DNA from: a virus
Taxonomy: Duplodnaviria; Caudoviricetes
Length of the DNA stretch: 64,000 bases
IMG/VR virus record: IMGVR_UViG_3300037067_007264
Span: 64,001-128,000 of that record
Reading direction: 5' to 3' (one strand)
Shown here one piece after another: positions 37,283-45,965 of the stretch. Position numbers and translations under genes: made by a program. A model generated the notes under the pieces. The model was given only the letters and a program-made list of their open reading frames with translations. It was not told where the DNA came from and did not search any database. Position 1 is the stretch's first letter. Each line of letters begins with the position of its first letter.

Positions 37283-37546
37283 TTGACTCGAATTGACGAC
37301 AACTCAGGCATCTACAAGGTGGCACCTGGCGAGAAGTTAGTTCTACGGTGTTACAAGTGCCAGGTGTCAATAGATGTTGTGAATGATCCAACAATAGAAC
37401 ACCCAGCACTCTTGGAGTTCGCTGCTACTCATCAACCTCACGGTCAGCTATTTGTTGGTACCAATGATGAGAACGGGAAGTTTCAAGCAATAGAAGGTCC
37501 AGGAGAGTTCCTAGACTTAGAGCGTGAAGATGGCCCCTCAAGTTGA
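37283..37546 (+). CDS. small CxxC..HxxH protein
   Basis: RCYKC..FAATHQPH. Confidence 0.7.
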   Translation: MTRIDDNSGIYKVAPGEKLVLRCYKCQVSIDVVNDPTIEHPALLEFAATHQPHGQLFVGTNDENGKFQAIEGPGEFLDLEREDGPSS

Positions 37547-38024
37547 CGATAGTATTGAATCCGATTGGACAATAGCAAGACCTAATCGACGCTCGGCAGA
37601 GGAGATTGCCAAGGTCGAGCAGGATGGGAGAGGTTTCGCTTGGGTTGGGATTATCTTCAGGAGAAAAGCCATAGGATCTCGTATCATGCTTCCGATCCCT
37701 GCTCCGATGCGAGTTATCATTCAAGAAACTGAGAGGGAGCAAGAGATCCAAGTCTTCCAGCTCAACTATGTACCTCATGAGACCCATGAAGTTGATGCTT
37801 TGCATCTGTATCTATCAGAAGTTGGAAATGAGCCGGTAGCTAGACTCATTCTCAACCGAAGGACAGTCAGTCCACACGAGCCCCTCTCCTTGGGATTTCG
37901 CATCACTGGGTTTGGTTACCTCAATGCATGCTGGCTCACTAAGACTTCAGATCCAATCCCAACCCTAGTACATGACAGGGACAATGAGGAACGAGAGAGC
38001 CCTGATATGGGTGGTCCTATATGA
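37524..38024 (+). CDS. protein with variant N-terminal IESDW tag
   Basis: DDSIESDWTIARP. Confidence 0.8.
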   Translation: MKMAPQVDDSIESDWTIARPNRRSAEEIAKVEQDGRGFAWVGIIFRRKAIGSRIMLPIPAPMRVIIQETEREQEIQVFQLNYVPHETHEVDALHLYLSEVGNEPVARLILNRRTVSPHEPLSLGFRITGFGYLNACWLTKTSDPIPTLVHDRDNEERESPDMGGPI

Positions 38025-38063
38025 TCAAGAACTTCTACTAAACTTGAGGTGTACTAAAGGGCA

Positions 38064-38285
38064 ATGATTTTCAACAACAAGACAGTAATTGATGAGCGGG
38101 CCAATCGGATTGTAGCAGCTCTCAAGAAGTTACCACAAGACTCCGTAGTATATACAACCATTAGTGGGTTGAGCTTGACTCCAGCAGAGGTGTCCATAGA
38201 GATAGAGGGCCGCACCTCTATCGGGTGTGCCATCCTTGATCACGCTAACCTAGAGTTGTTTTACAAAAGTGTATTCGAGAGGTAG
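38064..38285 (+). CDS. hypothetical protein
   Basis: GGTGTA 38048. Confidence 0.75.
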   Translation: MIFNNKTVIDERANRIVAALKKLPQDSVVYTTISGLSLTPAEVSIEIEGRTSIGCAILDHANLELFYKSVFER

Positions 38286-38290
38286 AGACT

Positions 38291-38479
38291 ATGCCGGATG
38301 AGAGAACATGGACTCATATTGGTGGGGACATGGAAGCCAGTTACGATGGTAAGCAATACGTTGACATTCGTCTTCGAGGGCGTGATGGTGAGCAACCGAA
38401 GCCTATCTGCTTTATGAGTAAGGGCACTCTCGAGAATGCACTTACCTTGTTCAACCCACTTCCAATCAAAGAACCATGA
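38291..38479 (+). CDS. hypothetical protein
   Basis: operon. Confidence 0.65.
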   Translation: MPDERTWTHIGGDMEASYDGKQYVDIRLRGRDGEQPKPICFMSKGTLENALTLFNPLPIKEP

Positions 38480-38817
38480 GTAATACCATCACCTTCGCAG
38501 CCTACGAGACCATTGGTTTCTCGATCCCCAATCGGAACTATGGTGGGCACGATCCTGAGACAGCTCATAGGCTCGTACGTGAGGGCAAGGGTCGGTGGGC
38601 CTTGTGCCAGGGATCAGTCCTTTCCTTCGTCCCCAATGACTACGAGCTCAAGATGTGGGAGAGCTTCCTCCAAGAAACCCCTACTGGTTTCGAAGTGACT
38701 GAGTCAGAGTATGGGTTGTCCAAAAACAGGACCGAACCCACTAGTCAGGAAGGGGACCCCGTACTATCTGCCCCCGATGTTCCGGAAGTTTCTTCTTTGG
38801 GTAGTATTCCGAAGTGA
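38476..38817 (+). CDS. hypothetical protein
   Basis: ATGA coupling. Confidence 0.7.
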   Translation: MSNTITFAAYETIGFSIPNRNYGGHDPETAHRLVREGKGRWALCQGSVLSFVPNDYELKMWESFLQETPTGFEVTESEYGLSKNRTEPTSQEGDPVLSAPDVPEVSSLGSIPK

Positions 38818-39070
38818 GTACAAGTATCTGGTAAAGTGCATCAAAACCGATCCTAGGCTCGCAACCTCCCATCAAGTGGACCTAATCGTCCGGAAAGATG
38901 GTCGAGAGTTGAGATTTGAAGCTGATTGGATCAAGGTATTGGGCAGGATGTACCCTCCAAAGGAACCTCTAGACGATGCTCATCTGCCCCCGCCGGTGGT
39001 TCTTTCTAGGACTGTCAGTGAGGGTATTGACCTTCGAAGAGTTCAAATTCAGGGTCGTCCCCGGCGGTGA
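38711..39070 (+). CDS. hypothetical protein
   Basis: operon; true start probably downstream. Confidence 0.6.
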   Translation: MGCPKTGPNPLVRKGTPYYLPPMFRKFLLWVVFRSEYKYLVKCIKTDPRLATSHQVDLIVRKDGRELRFEADWIKVLGRMYPPKEPLDDAHLPPPVVLSRTVSEGIDLRRVQIQGRPRR

Positions 39071-39377
39071 GAACCTTTGCTTCTAGCGGGTCAAACAAGG
39101 ATTCAAACTCGGCACAAGATACAAACTTGTAGTCAATCACTTGATACTTCACAAGTAATCGAACCCAACCACCAGTTGTTCGACATTGGGACAGATCAAT
39201 ACTGCCCTCAACTACGTCTGATCTAGTTTTCAGGTAAGCAAGAAAGTTACTCCTAGCCCGATCTCTTACCTCGAAAGCCGCCTCTTCACTGTCAAAGTAG
39301 GCAGATTGGGTGCAACCATCGTTTGTTTCAGGTATCGTTACCCTGACCTCCCACCTAGGTATACTTAGGGTCGCCAT
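39015..39377 (-). CDS. hypothetical protein
   Basis: ATG 10 nt after GGTGTA 39388-39393 (minus). Confidence 0.75.
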   Translation of the reverse strand: MATLSIPRWEVRVTIPETNDGCTQSAYFDSEEAAFEVRDRARSNFLAYLKTRSDVVEGSIDLSQCRTTGGWVRLLVKYQVIDYKFVSCAEFESLFDPLEAKVLTAGDDPEFELFEGQYPH

Positions 39378-39387
39378 AGGCCTAGAG

Positions 39388-39405
39388 TACACCAGTTTTG
39401 GTGTA
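39388..39405. promoter_or_regulatory. back-to-back class A motifs
   Basis: TACACC-agtttt-GGTGTA, each 10 nt from a divergent ATG. Confidence 0.75.
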
Positions 39406-39415
39406 CTGGTAAGTT

Positions 39416-39673
39416 ATGTTTATCCACATCACCGTTCTTGAGGCCGATCTCGAAGCATATAAATCTGACCCCCCAACACCAAGTGGGCTTCCCCATCGGT
39501 TCTGTGCCTGTTACAATCCGTTTTGGCTACCAGAAGTATTTGGTAAGAGATACATCATGAAGGCCTTTGGAGATAGTAGAGAAGAGGCTATTGAATCCTT
39601 GAAGAGTGAGATCACAAAGGTTATGAAGCATGAGAGACTTCTCGCTATTCGTGATGTAGAACTCGAGATATGA
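39416..39673 (+). CDS. hypothetical protein (HicB-like look)
   Basis: AFGDSREEAIESLKSEI. Confidence 0.75.
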   Translation: MFIHITVLEADLEAYKSDPPTPSGLPHRFCACYNPFWLPEVFGKRYIMKAFGDSREEAIESLKSEITKVMKHERLLAIRDVELEI

Positions 39674-39867
39674 TGATCTATCTCAGACGTCTTCTTATCT
39701 GGTTTGCTCTTGGACCTCGTGCTTACCGCGAGATGGTTAGGGACATGAAGTCCAGTGTTGGTGATCGAGGGTTCGTAGAGGTCAAGACTATTCGAGGTCA
39801 TCGAGTTCTGGTTAGTAATTGGAAGAGGACCCTCTATGAGATCGTCAGTGGAAGGGAATTCATCTGA
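39670..39867 (+). CDS. hypothetical protein
   Basis: ATGA coupling. Confidence 0.65.
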   Translation: MMIYLRRLLIWFALGPRAYREMVRDMKSSVGDRGFVEVKTIRGHRVLVSNWKRTLYEIVSGREFI

Positions 39868-40277
39868 TGCCCCCAGTTCCTGGTTGGCTCGTAGAAGGCC
39901 TAAGGGTTGTTGAGAAGGTATCTGGTCAACTTTTCGAGGTCACAAAAGTTACTCGTAACCGAGTATCGATGATCTGTCAGGACCTGAAAAGAACTAGAGA
40001 GTTCCGCTTGGACTTACTCCATGAGTACTGCTTTGCCTGCAACTACTTTGAGTGTGATGATTGTAGGAAGAATCAGGGCCCTTGTGGCGACTGTAGTCTT
40101 AGAAAAATACACTTTGATAAAGGCCCAAGGCATGACAATCGAAGGGTATGTGAGCTTCCTAAGTTCTGCAGAAGGAGGTTCCTTGGGGGTTGGGTCCCGT
40201 TGGGCCCCCCTGAAGAGGCTAAAGAATCAGAACGCCCTTTACCTCCGACCCGATTTGAGAGAGAATGGGTGATATGA
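39867..40277 (+). CDS. Cys-rich protein with C-terminal TRFER tag
   Basis: ends PPTRFEREWVI. Confidence 0.8.
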   Translation: MPPVPGWLVEGLRVVEKVSGQLFEVTKVTRNRVSMICQDLKRTREFRLDLLHEYCFACNYFECDDCRKNQGPCGDCSLRKIHFDKGPRHDNRRVCELPKFCRRRFLGGWVPLGPPEEAKESERPLPPTRFEREWVI

Positions 40278-40528
40278 TGGAACCAACTCTTGAGTGGATT
40301 CCAGCTCCAGTCAATTCAGAGAAGCTCCTCCTTGATGGGGTCGAGGTTGCTCGAGTTAACTGGTCCTACCCAAGTAAGATCCTGTGGGTTGCTCGACATC
40401 ATCGCCCCTTCCCGCTTCAGTACTCCATTCCAGATAAAGTCTCAGAATTCTATGATGACCTTGATGTTGCGAAGACTGAATGTCAAGCTTACATCATGGA
40501 TCACTGCAGAAAGTTAGTACCATGTTGA
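40274..40528 (+). CDS. hypothetical protein, related to 28206
   Basis: DGVEVARV..WVARH..DLDVAKTECQAY. Confidence 0.75.
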   Translation: MMEPTLEWIPAPVNSEKLLLDGVEVARVNWSYPSKILWVARHHRPFPLQYSIPDKVSEFYDDLDVAKTECQAYIMDHCRKLVPC

Positions 40529-40854
40529 GATCAAAAACTGGAATGATTAGGGTCAATGGTCCTGGTGAAGTACCTGAAGGCCATCACTACGCGGTTCTGA
40601 TCTATTCGAGGGATAGTATCTATGTACCCGGGGACCAACGTTCTAGAGAAGCACCTGGACATGGTTACCCTGAGCATACAGAGAACTTCGATACATTCGA
40701 GCATTGGATTACCACCGACCGTGAAGTTCTCTATGCCTTCCTTGGGGAGCTCGAAGAGGAGAGGTCTCGCCCTTACGCAAAGAAGCATCCTTACGTTTTC
40801 TTCGAAGTGGTGAAGAAGGGACAGCTTCAACTCAGGCCTGAGATTGCCCTATGA
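40522..40854 (+). CDS. hypothetical protein
   Basis: coupled; IYVPGDQRSREAPGHGYPEH. Confidence 0.75.
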   Translation: MLRSKTGMIRVNGPGEVPEGHHYAVLIYSRDSIYVPGDQRSREAPGHGYPEHTENFDTFEHWITTDREVLYAFLGELEEERSRPYAKKHPYVFFEVVKKGQLQLRPEIAL

Positions 40855-41396
40855 CCCCTCAGAAGGATAAGGCTTGGACGGACCTCACCTGGCAAGAGAT
40901 TGTCATCTATTACACAGAACATGCAAAGAGGGGAGAGAAGCAAGCTGTTCGAGAATCATTGAGGTACTCGAGTGCTGAGGCAGTCTTCCTAGCTTGGGCG
41001 ATCAGCCGCGGGTTTCCAATCCTGGTCACTCGTCTCAAGGATGCCCCTGCTATCAAAACCCCCGAAGAGATTCGTCTGGTCACTCGCATGGGCGGGTACG
41101 TTCCAGTACTCGGTGCAGGGGATGGAGTACCTCTCTCACCACTCGAGATGGCTTCCCATGACGGTCAATTTCAAATGTTCCAAGACCTCGAGCACCGCCC
41201 TGATGCGAACTATCACTTGGCTATGATCCAAGCTTGTGAGAATGGTTGCACCGATCTCGTCAAGTATATGCTCGGGAAGAAGCCCCCTGTGATTAGTGTC
41301 ACGGACCACGATTATGTATCGATACTGGACCCAGGGAATAGATGGAACCACATGGAAGTTTTAGTACTTCTCCAAGCCGCAGGAGCAGGCCGGTGA
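40851..41396 (+). CDS. ankyrin-repeat-like protein
   Basis: SPLEMASHDGQ, AMIQACENGCTDLVKYML, NHMEVLVLLQAAGA. Confidence 0.65.
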   Translation: MTPQKDKAWTDLTWQEIVIYYTEHAKRGEKQAVRESLRYSSAEAVFLAWAISRGFPILVTRLKDAPAIKTPEEIRLVTRMGGYVPVLGAGDGVPLSPLEMASHDGQFQMFQDLEHRPDANYHLAMIQACENGCTDLVKYMLGKKPPVISVTDHDYVSILDPGNRWNHMEVLVLLQAAGAGR

Positions 41397-41614
41397 AGTT
41401 GGACAAGATTAGTGACTTGATTGCTCACCTTACCAAGATTCGAAGTAGGCATGGTGATCTTGATATCCTTGTTGAGAACCATCCGGACACTGACTTCCGA
41501 CCTATCGTGAGTGTCAAGCGTCGGATAGCGGACGGGGCTACCGAGGACAAGATTGGGATGAAGGAAGGAACCCCTTACTTCCTCATCATCGCTTCGGGAG
41601 GGTCTGATGGCTAG
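41393..41614 (+). CDS. hypothetical protein
   Basis: GTGA coupling; KISDLIAHL..HGDLDI. Confidence 0.7.
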   Translation: MKLDKISDLIAHLTKIRSRHGDLDILVENHPDTDFRPIVSVKRRIADGATEDKIGMKEGTPYFLIIASGGSDG

Positions 41615-41901
41615 TGACCGTTTCGTGAACTGGAAGAAGGGTAAGAAACCATCGAAGTTCGAAATCGAAACGGTGATCCGTCAATTCTTCTAATCAAGAA
41701 CCAGACAGAAATCCAATGAAATGCTTATCCAGATTTTCTTCCCGTGGGCCGCGTCACTCATCCTAACTACGACAATTGGTTTGGTCCTAGAGCCAGATGA
41801 CTCAGAGTACTCACCGAACATCATGGAGCAACCTGAACTGGAAGAAGGGGATGGTTGCTGATTTTTGGTGAGATTAGGTTACCCTGTGCGTAATATTGAA
41901 C

Positions 41902-42183
41902 ATGGCACACTCAGTCCGGAAAGGCCCTCTCGTTCACTCTACTGGCCCCAATGATCATGAAGCCTTAGGCCGAGAACGATTCTGGGACATGTCCGAGCAA
42001 CAACGGGAAGATAACCTGGCCGCTATGGTAGCCCTGGCCAATTCAGGTGTTCTTCAAGCACCTGATAAGGAGTTCGCCCGTGGTTGGCTATCGGAGCACG
42101 AACGGTTCAAGCAAACACGAAAAACCGTGTCAATGATGGCTGTAAGTAGTACAGTGCCCCCAAAGAACCCCAGGATTCACTGA
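41902..42183 (+). CDS. hypothetical protein
   Basis: class B 41869/41889, leaderless. Confidence 0.75.
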   Translation: MAHSVRKGPLVHSTGPNDHEALGRERFWDMSEQQREDNLAAMVALANSGVLQAPDKEFARGWLSEHERFKQTRKTVSMMAVSSTVPPKNPRIH

Positions 42184-42184
42184 T

Positions 42185-42397
42185 ATGGCAATTGACCTAC
42201 CCTCAACAGCTGAATTAGACCGTTGCACCAAAGCTTGCACTGCCTTCAACTCATATGAAGAGCTCAAGGAAAAGTGTACTCGCCAGCAGGACCCTTATAT
42301 CCCTTCGCTGTCAGACAGGAAACCTGAAGCCGTGGTGGTCGGGAAGGCCCTTGAGGCCTCTGGGTGTCGAGTGTATTGGATGAGAAAAAGAAGCTAG
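42185..42397 (+). CDS. hypothetical protein
   Basis: operon. Confidence 0.7.
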   Translation: MAIDLPSTAELDRCTKACTAFNSYEELKEKCTRQQDPYIPSLSDRKPEAVVVGKALEASGCRVYWMRKRS

Positions 42398-42628
42398 GTG
42401 AGAGACGTGGCATACAGCACACCAGCTATGGCTCAGCAAGCCCAAGCAAAGGCCATGGCCACCGCTCAAAGACTAGTCAACCAAGGGTTCGCCCCTAAGA
42501 TTGAGATCAGCCAAGGCGGAGCCTACCAGGTGAAGAGTGCGGACAGTGTGAACCTGACCCTCACAATCTGGGAACCTGAAGTTGGGCGGTTGCAAACAAC
42601 TTGGACAATTCCGAGATCGGAGACCTGA
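42398..42628 (+). CDS. hypothetical protein
   Basis: operon. Confidence 0.65.
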   Translation: MRDVAYSTPAMAQQAQAKAMATAQRLVNQGFAPKIEISQGGAYQVKSADSVNLTLTIWEPEVGRLQTTWTIPRSET

Positions 42629-42885
42629 TGGCAGAGACTAAACACCCACTTCAACTACTCCTAGAGTCTGATGGACTCGAGTGTCAATCCTACTCTGGCC
42701 GTAGCATGTACAATCAAACCTGCTTGGCCGTAGTGGCCCCGCTAGGTGAGTTGATGGCCGCAGTGGCCAGTACGACAGACTTCAACTCAGAGGAGGTCTG
42801 TGAGGCTGTCAGATGTATCAGACATGATGCCTTGGGTCTCGACACCATCTACTACTTCCCTGAAGTTTCTTTCGTGGAGAATTGA
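42628..42885 (+). CDS. hypothetical protein
   Basis: TGATG coupling; SYSGRSMY..CLAV..DALGLDTIYYFP. Confidence 0.75.
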   Translation: MAETKHPLQLLLESDGLECQSYSGRSMYNQTCLAVVAPLGELMAAVASTTDFNSEEVCEAVRCIRHDALGLDTIYYFPEVSFVEN

Positions 42886-43184
42886 AGATGCTACACAACC
42901 ATGATGCAGGGATTGTGAGGGCTGCTGAAGCTGCCGTTGATGATTGGGAACGTGGTCTAAAAGCCCATGAGAACGGTGATGTTCTTGCCGTACGCAACAT
43001 CCAACGGGTTCAGGAATCCGTGAATGTCAAGCGGGCAGCCTTGAAAAATGAGCCCTTACTTGCCGGTCTCATCAGGCTAATCGACTCTTACCAAGAGCAG
43101 GAGGAGATCTCAGACGAAGAAGGGGCTAGATACAGGCGCTTCCTACTCGACCTCTTCCAAGAAGCGCAGAAAGGTAGATCATGA
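42882..43184 (+). CDS. hypothetical protein
   Basis: coupled. Confidence 0.7.
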   Translation: MKMLHNHDAGIVRAAEAAVDDWERGLKAHENGDVLAVRNIQRVQESVNVKRAALKNEPLLAGLIRLIDSYQEQEEISDEEGARYRRFLLDLFQEAQKGRS

Positions 43185-43654
43185 ACATATCAGACCTAAG
43201 CATGAGTGGAATCGGATCCGGAGACATCAAGCTTGATGAGAACATAGCTTGCCGGGTATGTTTGGCGAGTGAGATCAAGTTGTGTGATATCACGGATCTC
43301 CCAAAGAGTTTTAGTACGAAGACTGAATCCAAACCTGTGTACTTGGTGTTCACAGTGGTCTACATACCAACCCTCGAGTTGTACTTTGCCAAGTGGGACT
43401 TACGAGGAGATTATGATCCCCCTGAGCAACATCGAACTATTGTGAAGCCGTGGAGTGGCGGGTTATGGGTTACTGTACAGGCAACTGAACATCTGAAGGA
43501 GGCCATCAAGCTTTCGATAGCCAGGGTTGTATCCGGCGAGTACCACATCAATACGAAGGGGAAGCCTATTGATCCTGATGCAAGTCTCCTTCAGGACTTC
43601 AAGGATGCTGGGTGGGTAGAAAACCAATCTGAAAAGAACACCTCAGGCCAATAA
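43181..43654 (+). CDS. hypothetical protein
   Basis: ATGA coupling. Confidence 0.75.
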   Translation: MNISDLSMSGIGSGDIKLDENIACRVCLASEIKLCDITDLPKSFSTKTESKPVYLVFTVVYIPTLELYFAKWDLRGDYDPPEQHRTIVKPWSGGLWVTVQATEHLKEAIKLSIARVVSGEYHINTKGKPIDPDASLLQDFKDAGWVENQSEKNTSGQ

Positions 43655-43657
43655 AGC

Positions 43658-43686
43658 TTGACACTAAATTCCACCTGGAGTACCAT
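43658..43686 (+). promoter_or_regulatory. sigma70-type promoter
   Basis: TTGACA-17-TACCAT. Confidence 0.75.
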
Positions 43687-43691
43687 AACAA

Positions 43692-43778
43692 ACGACAGTA
43701 GACATGGTGTAGGTTAGTTGTTTAGGCATAGGTTGAGCGGCCTCCAGATTATTCTTTCTCTGGAGGTCGTTCCCTTTT
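43692..43778 (+). ncRNA. candidate small RNA (CGGCC-stem family)
   Basis: 14-bp stem 43735-43772 then CCTTTT. Confidence 0.6.
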
Positions 43779-43784
43779 GTGGCC

Positions 43785-43813
43785 TTGACTAGCGGATCAC
43801 TAAGAGTTATGCT
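43785..43813 (+). promoter_or_regulatory. sigma70-type promoter
   Basis: TTGACT-17-TATGCT. Confidence 0.7.
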
Positions 43814-43819
43814 TTGGAT

Positions 43820-44005
43820 TCGTCAGTCTTTCTAGCTCCCTCACCAGTAGGTCTGAAGTACGCGTGTTCTCATGAGCCTTCCGGGGACTTGTAAGTCTCA
43901 GTCACGGGGAAGGCCACCCTGAGAATACGGAGGAACCGTTACTGGATTCTCTGTAGATAGGTAAATGAAAGGCCTCCCGAGTGTGCACCTCGAGGAGGCC
44001 TTCCG
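43820..44005 (+). ncRNA. candidate rod-shaped structured RNA
   Basis: nested stems 43844/43945, 43863/43929, 43876/43914, 43884/43899. Confidence 0.55.
43962..44002 (-). terminator. intrinsic terminator, possibly bidirectional
   Basis: aaggcctcc..ggaggcctt hairpin; TTTCATTT on minus strand. Confidence 0.65.
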
Positions 44006-44335
44006 TTATTTGGACTTGGCCTTCTCTTCCAGATACTGACGAGGGTCATCCTCACCTGTCTCTGGATCCGACCACTCTTCCCATCCTGGAGTACCGTTAC
44101 CATCAGTATCCAATGACCATTGCTGGACACCTCCGGCATTACTGTAGTCCGGCTTGATTCGGTTCTCGTACTGAAAGAGATCGTACTGGGCGAGGATATC
44201 CATTACCCGTACTCCCATTTCGAGTGAGTCTACCGGTACAGTGAATGGTTTACCAGGTACCTGAGGTATCCACCATACCTGGAGGTCGCCTACTTTATGA
44301 TTCGGAACCTGTCGGGGCTGTTTTTTAGTTTTCAT
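44006..44335 (-). CDS. P22 gp17-like (superinfection-exclusion-related family) protein
   Basis: LQVWWIPQVPGKPF.V.V.S..YDLFQYENRIKPDYSNAGG; class B 44368/44348. Confidence 0.8.
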   Translation of the reverse strand: MKTKKQPRQVPNHKVGDLQVWWIPQVPGKPFTVPVDSLEMGVRVMDILAQYDLFQYENRIKPDYSNAGGVQQWSLDTDGNGTPGWEEWSDPETGEDDPRQYLEEKAKSK

Positions 44336-44419
44336 GCCCAATACTACGTTTCAAGAAGGGCAACCTCAACAAGAAAGATTTGAGCTTGCCCTTCTTGAAG
44401 ATTCCTTGTAGTTAGAAGA

Positions 44420-44508
44420 CACACCTTGTTAGGGAGGGCTCCCAGAGCAAGGTTGAACGGCCTCTAAGTCAGGGGTAAAATCCACGAACTTGGGGGCCGT
44501 TCTCTTTT
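44420..44508 (+). ncRNA. candidate small RNA (CGGCC-stem family)
   Basis: 15-bp stem 44455-44502 then TCTTTT. Confidence 0.55.
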
Positions 44509-44535
44509 AAGAGTGACCTCTACATCTACTTGAGG

Positions 44536-44680
44536 TAATGTAGGCCATCGTTCATTTCGTTGGTGAGCGATCTTTGCCAAAAGGATGAGCGGCCGGTCCT
44601 GGGTTTCTGCGGTTCTCGTCATTCCTATCCCCACTCCTGAAGTTGACTGTAATCTAGGGCCGGCCGTTTCGTTACATTGG
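44536..44680 (+). ncRNA. candidate structured RNA (CGGCC-stem family)
   Basis: 19-bp stem 44587-44605/44651-44669 with G-U pairs; extra hairpin atcgttcatt/ggtgagcgat. Confidence 0.5.
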
Positions 44681-44740
44681 AATAGTGGAACCCTAGGGGC
44701 AGGGTGAGCCACCCTCACTCGGAGCTGACCAGTAATTTCC

Positions 44741-44875
44741 GGCACCTGCCGGCACACACTGGCACATTGATTTTTAAGGCCCCTAACGGAATAGGTTGTC
44801 CCGTAAAATAAGCCAAAGGATTACCCACAGGCCCATCTCATGACACCCCATGACACCCCACGGCACCCCATAACA
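44741..44875. repeat. 10-nt-period iteron-like repeats
   Basis: GGCAC at 44741/44751/44761; tgacacccca x2 plus cggcacccca at 44841-44870. Confidence 0.75.
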
Positions 44876-44893
44876 GGGCTTGAAATGTCGCAC

Positions 44894-44930
44894 AAAAAGT
44901 GACAGCTTATCCCCAAAGCTGTCACTTTTT
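44894..44930. terminator. perfect 15-bp inverted repeat (terminator or cruciform)
   Basis: aaaaagtgacagctt / aagctgtcacttttt. Confidence 0.65.
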
Positions 44931-44996
44931 ACTTTGGGGCTTCATTTGTTGTAACTAATTTGCTGAGATCTGAACTACTTGCACGTAGTATTGATC

Positions 44997-45599
44997 ATGG
45001 ATGAGCTAGAACTTGATAACCTTCCCGTAGCCTCAGATGAGCTGGCTGCGAGCCTCAAAACTCTAGTAGTCGATGGATCCGATAAGATCCGGGACTACTC
45101 GACTTATGTTACCCTTCGGAAGTTTGACATCGAGTGCACGATTACCGCGGAGTGGACCTTCAACTTTGGTGATAAGGGTCGCTACTTCAATGATTCCCAA
45201 GGTAATGAGTTCATCCAGTCTACCTTGAGGGTCACCATCAGCCACCAGAGTCAGGCCTCTGATGACCTCGACCTAACTATAAGCAGGGTCAAGTTCATTC
45301 TTGCCTGCTGTGAGGCGGCAAATAAACTCAAGGCTGCCAACGAGGGTAAGAGGGTCTATCAGGTGTGGGAGACCGTTGAGGATAAGGCGAGGAAACTTCA
45401 CGAGAAGAACAAGAAAGACCTCCTGACCTCTATTCGGTCTCACCTCAACGGAATGCGAGTCAAGAACAGTCGAACCTTTTGTGATGAAAGCTTCTCGGAC
45501 GTGCTCGTACAAGGTGACTACGACATAGAGATCCTGGCCAAGAAGTACCATGTCAATGTAAGCTTCTCCAAGATAGTCACTGTTACAAGGACAGCATAG
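44997..45599 (+). CDS. hypothetical protein
   Basis: class B 44964/44984, leaderless. Confidence 0.85.
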   Translation: MDELELDNLPVASDELAASLKTLVVDGSDKIRDYSTYVTLRKFDIECTITAEWTFNFGDKGRYFNDSQGNEFIQSTLRVTISHQSQASDDLDLTISRVKFILACCEAANKLKAANEGKRVYQVWETVEDKARKLHEKNKKDLLTSIRSHLNGMRVKNSRTFCDESFSDVLVQGDYDIEILAKKYHVNVSFSKIVTVTRTA

Positions 45600-45644
45600 T
45601 CAAGTATTTTGGTGAGATCCAACTACCTGCTTCGTAATACTGAC

Positions 45645-45965
45645 ATGGATTCGCTAACTCAGATCATCATTAGGGCTCGTAGCATCAGTTCTGATGCTTG
45701 GGACTTGAATGTAGAGGCTACTCCACATGGAGATCAGGAGCCTGTCATTGAAGCTCGACGGCAATGTCTGGCCGCATATGATGATGCTCTTCAGGCTACC
45801 TCACTACGAGAAGCTCACCTCTATCTTCAGATTGCTAGGGATCTTGAGGAACAATGGAGCACTGCTTCCGAGGCCGAGACGGCCCTCGACAATCCGATGT
45901 TTGACCCTCAACCATTATCTTCCAGAAGTCGAATGGCCCAAGCTCTCGAGGTAGACTTCCTATGA
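45645..45965 (+). CDS. hypothetical protein
   Basis: class B 45613/45633. Confidence 0.8.
   Translation: MDSLTQIIIRARSISSDAWDLNVEATPHGDQEPVIEARRQCLAAYDDALQATSLREAHLYLQIARDLEEQWSTASEAETALDNPMFDPQPLSSRSRMAQALEVDFL

Noticed and set aside
38064-38285. C-terminal SVFER as a TRFER tag
   Set aside because: Only FER matches; not counted.
43706-43711. GGTGTA inside a candidate sRNA
   Set aside because: No convincing ORF follows at the usual distance; not counted as class A.
44464-44757. 97-aa minus-strand ORF
   Set aside because: Overlaps + strand G-U-containing stems and repeats; no start signal.
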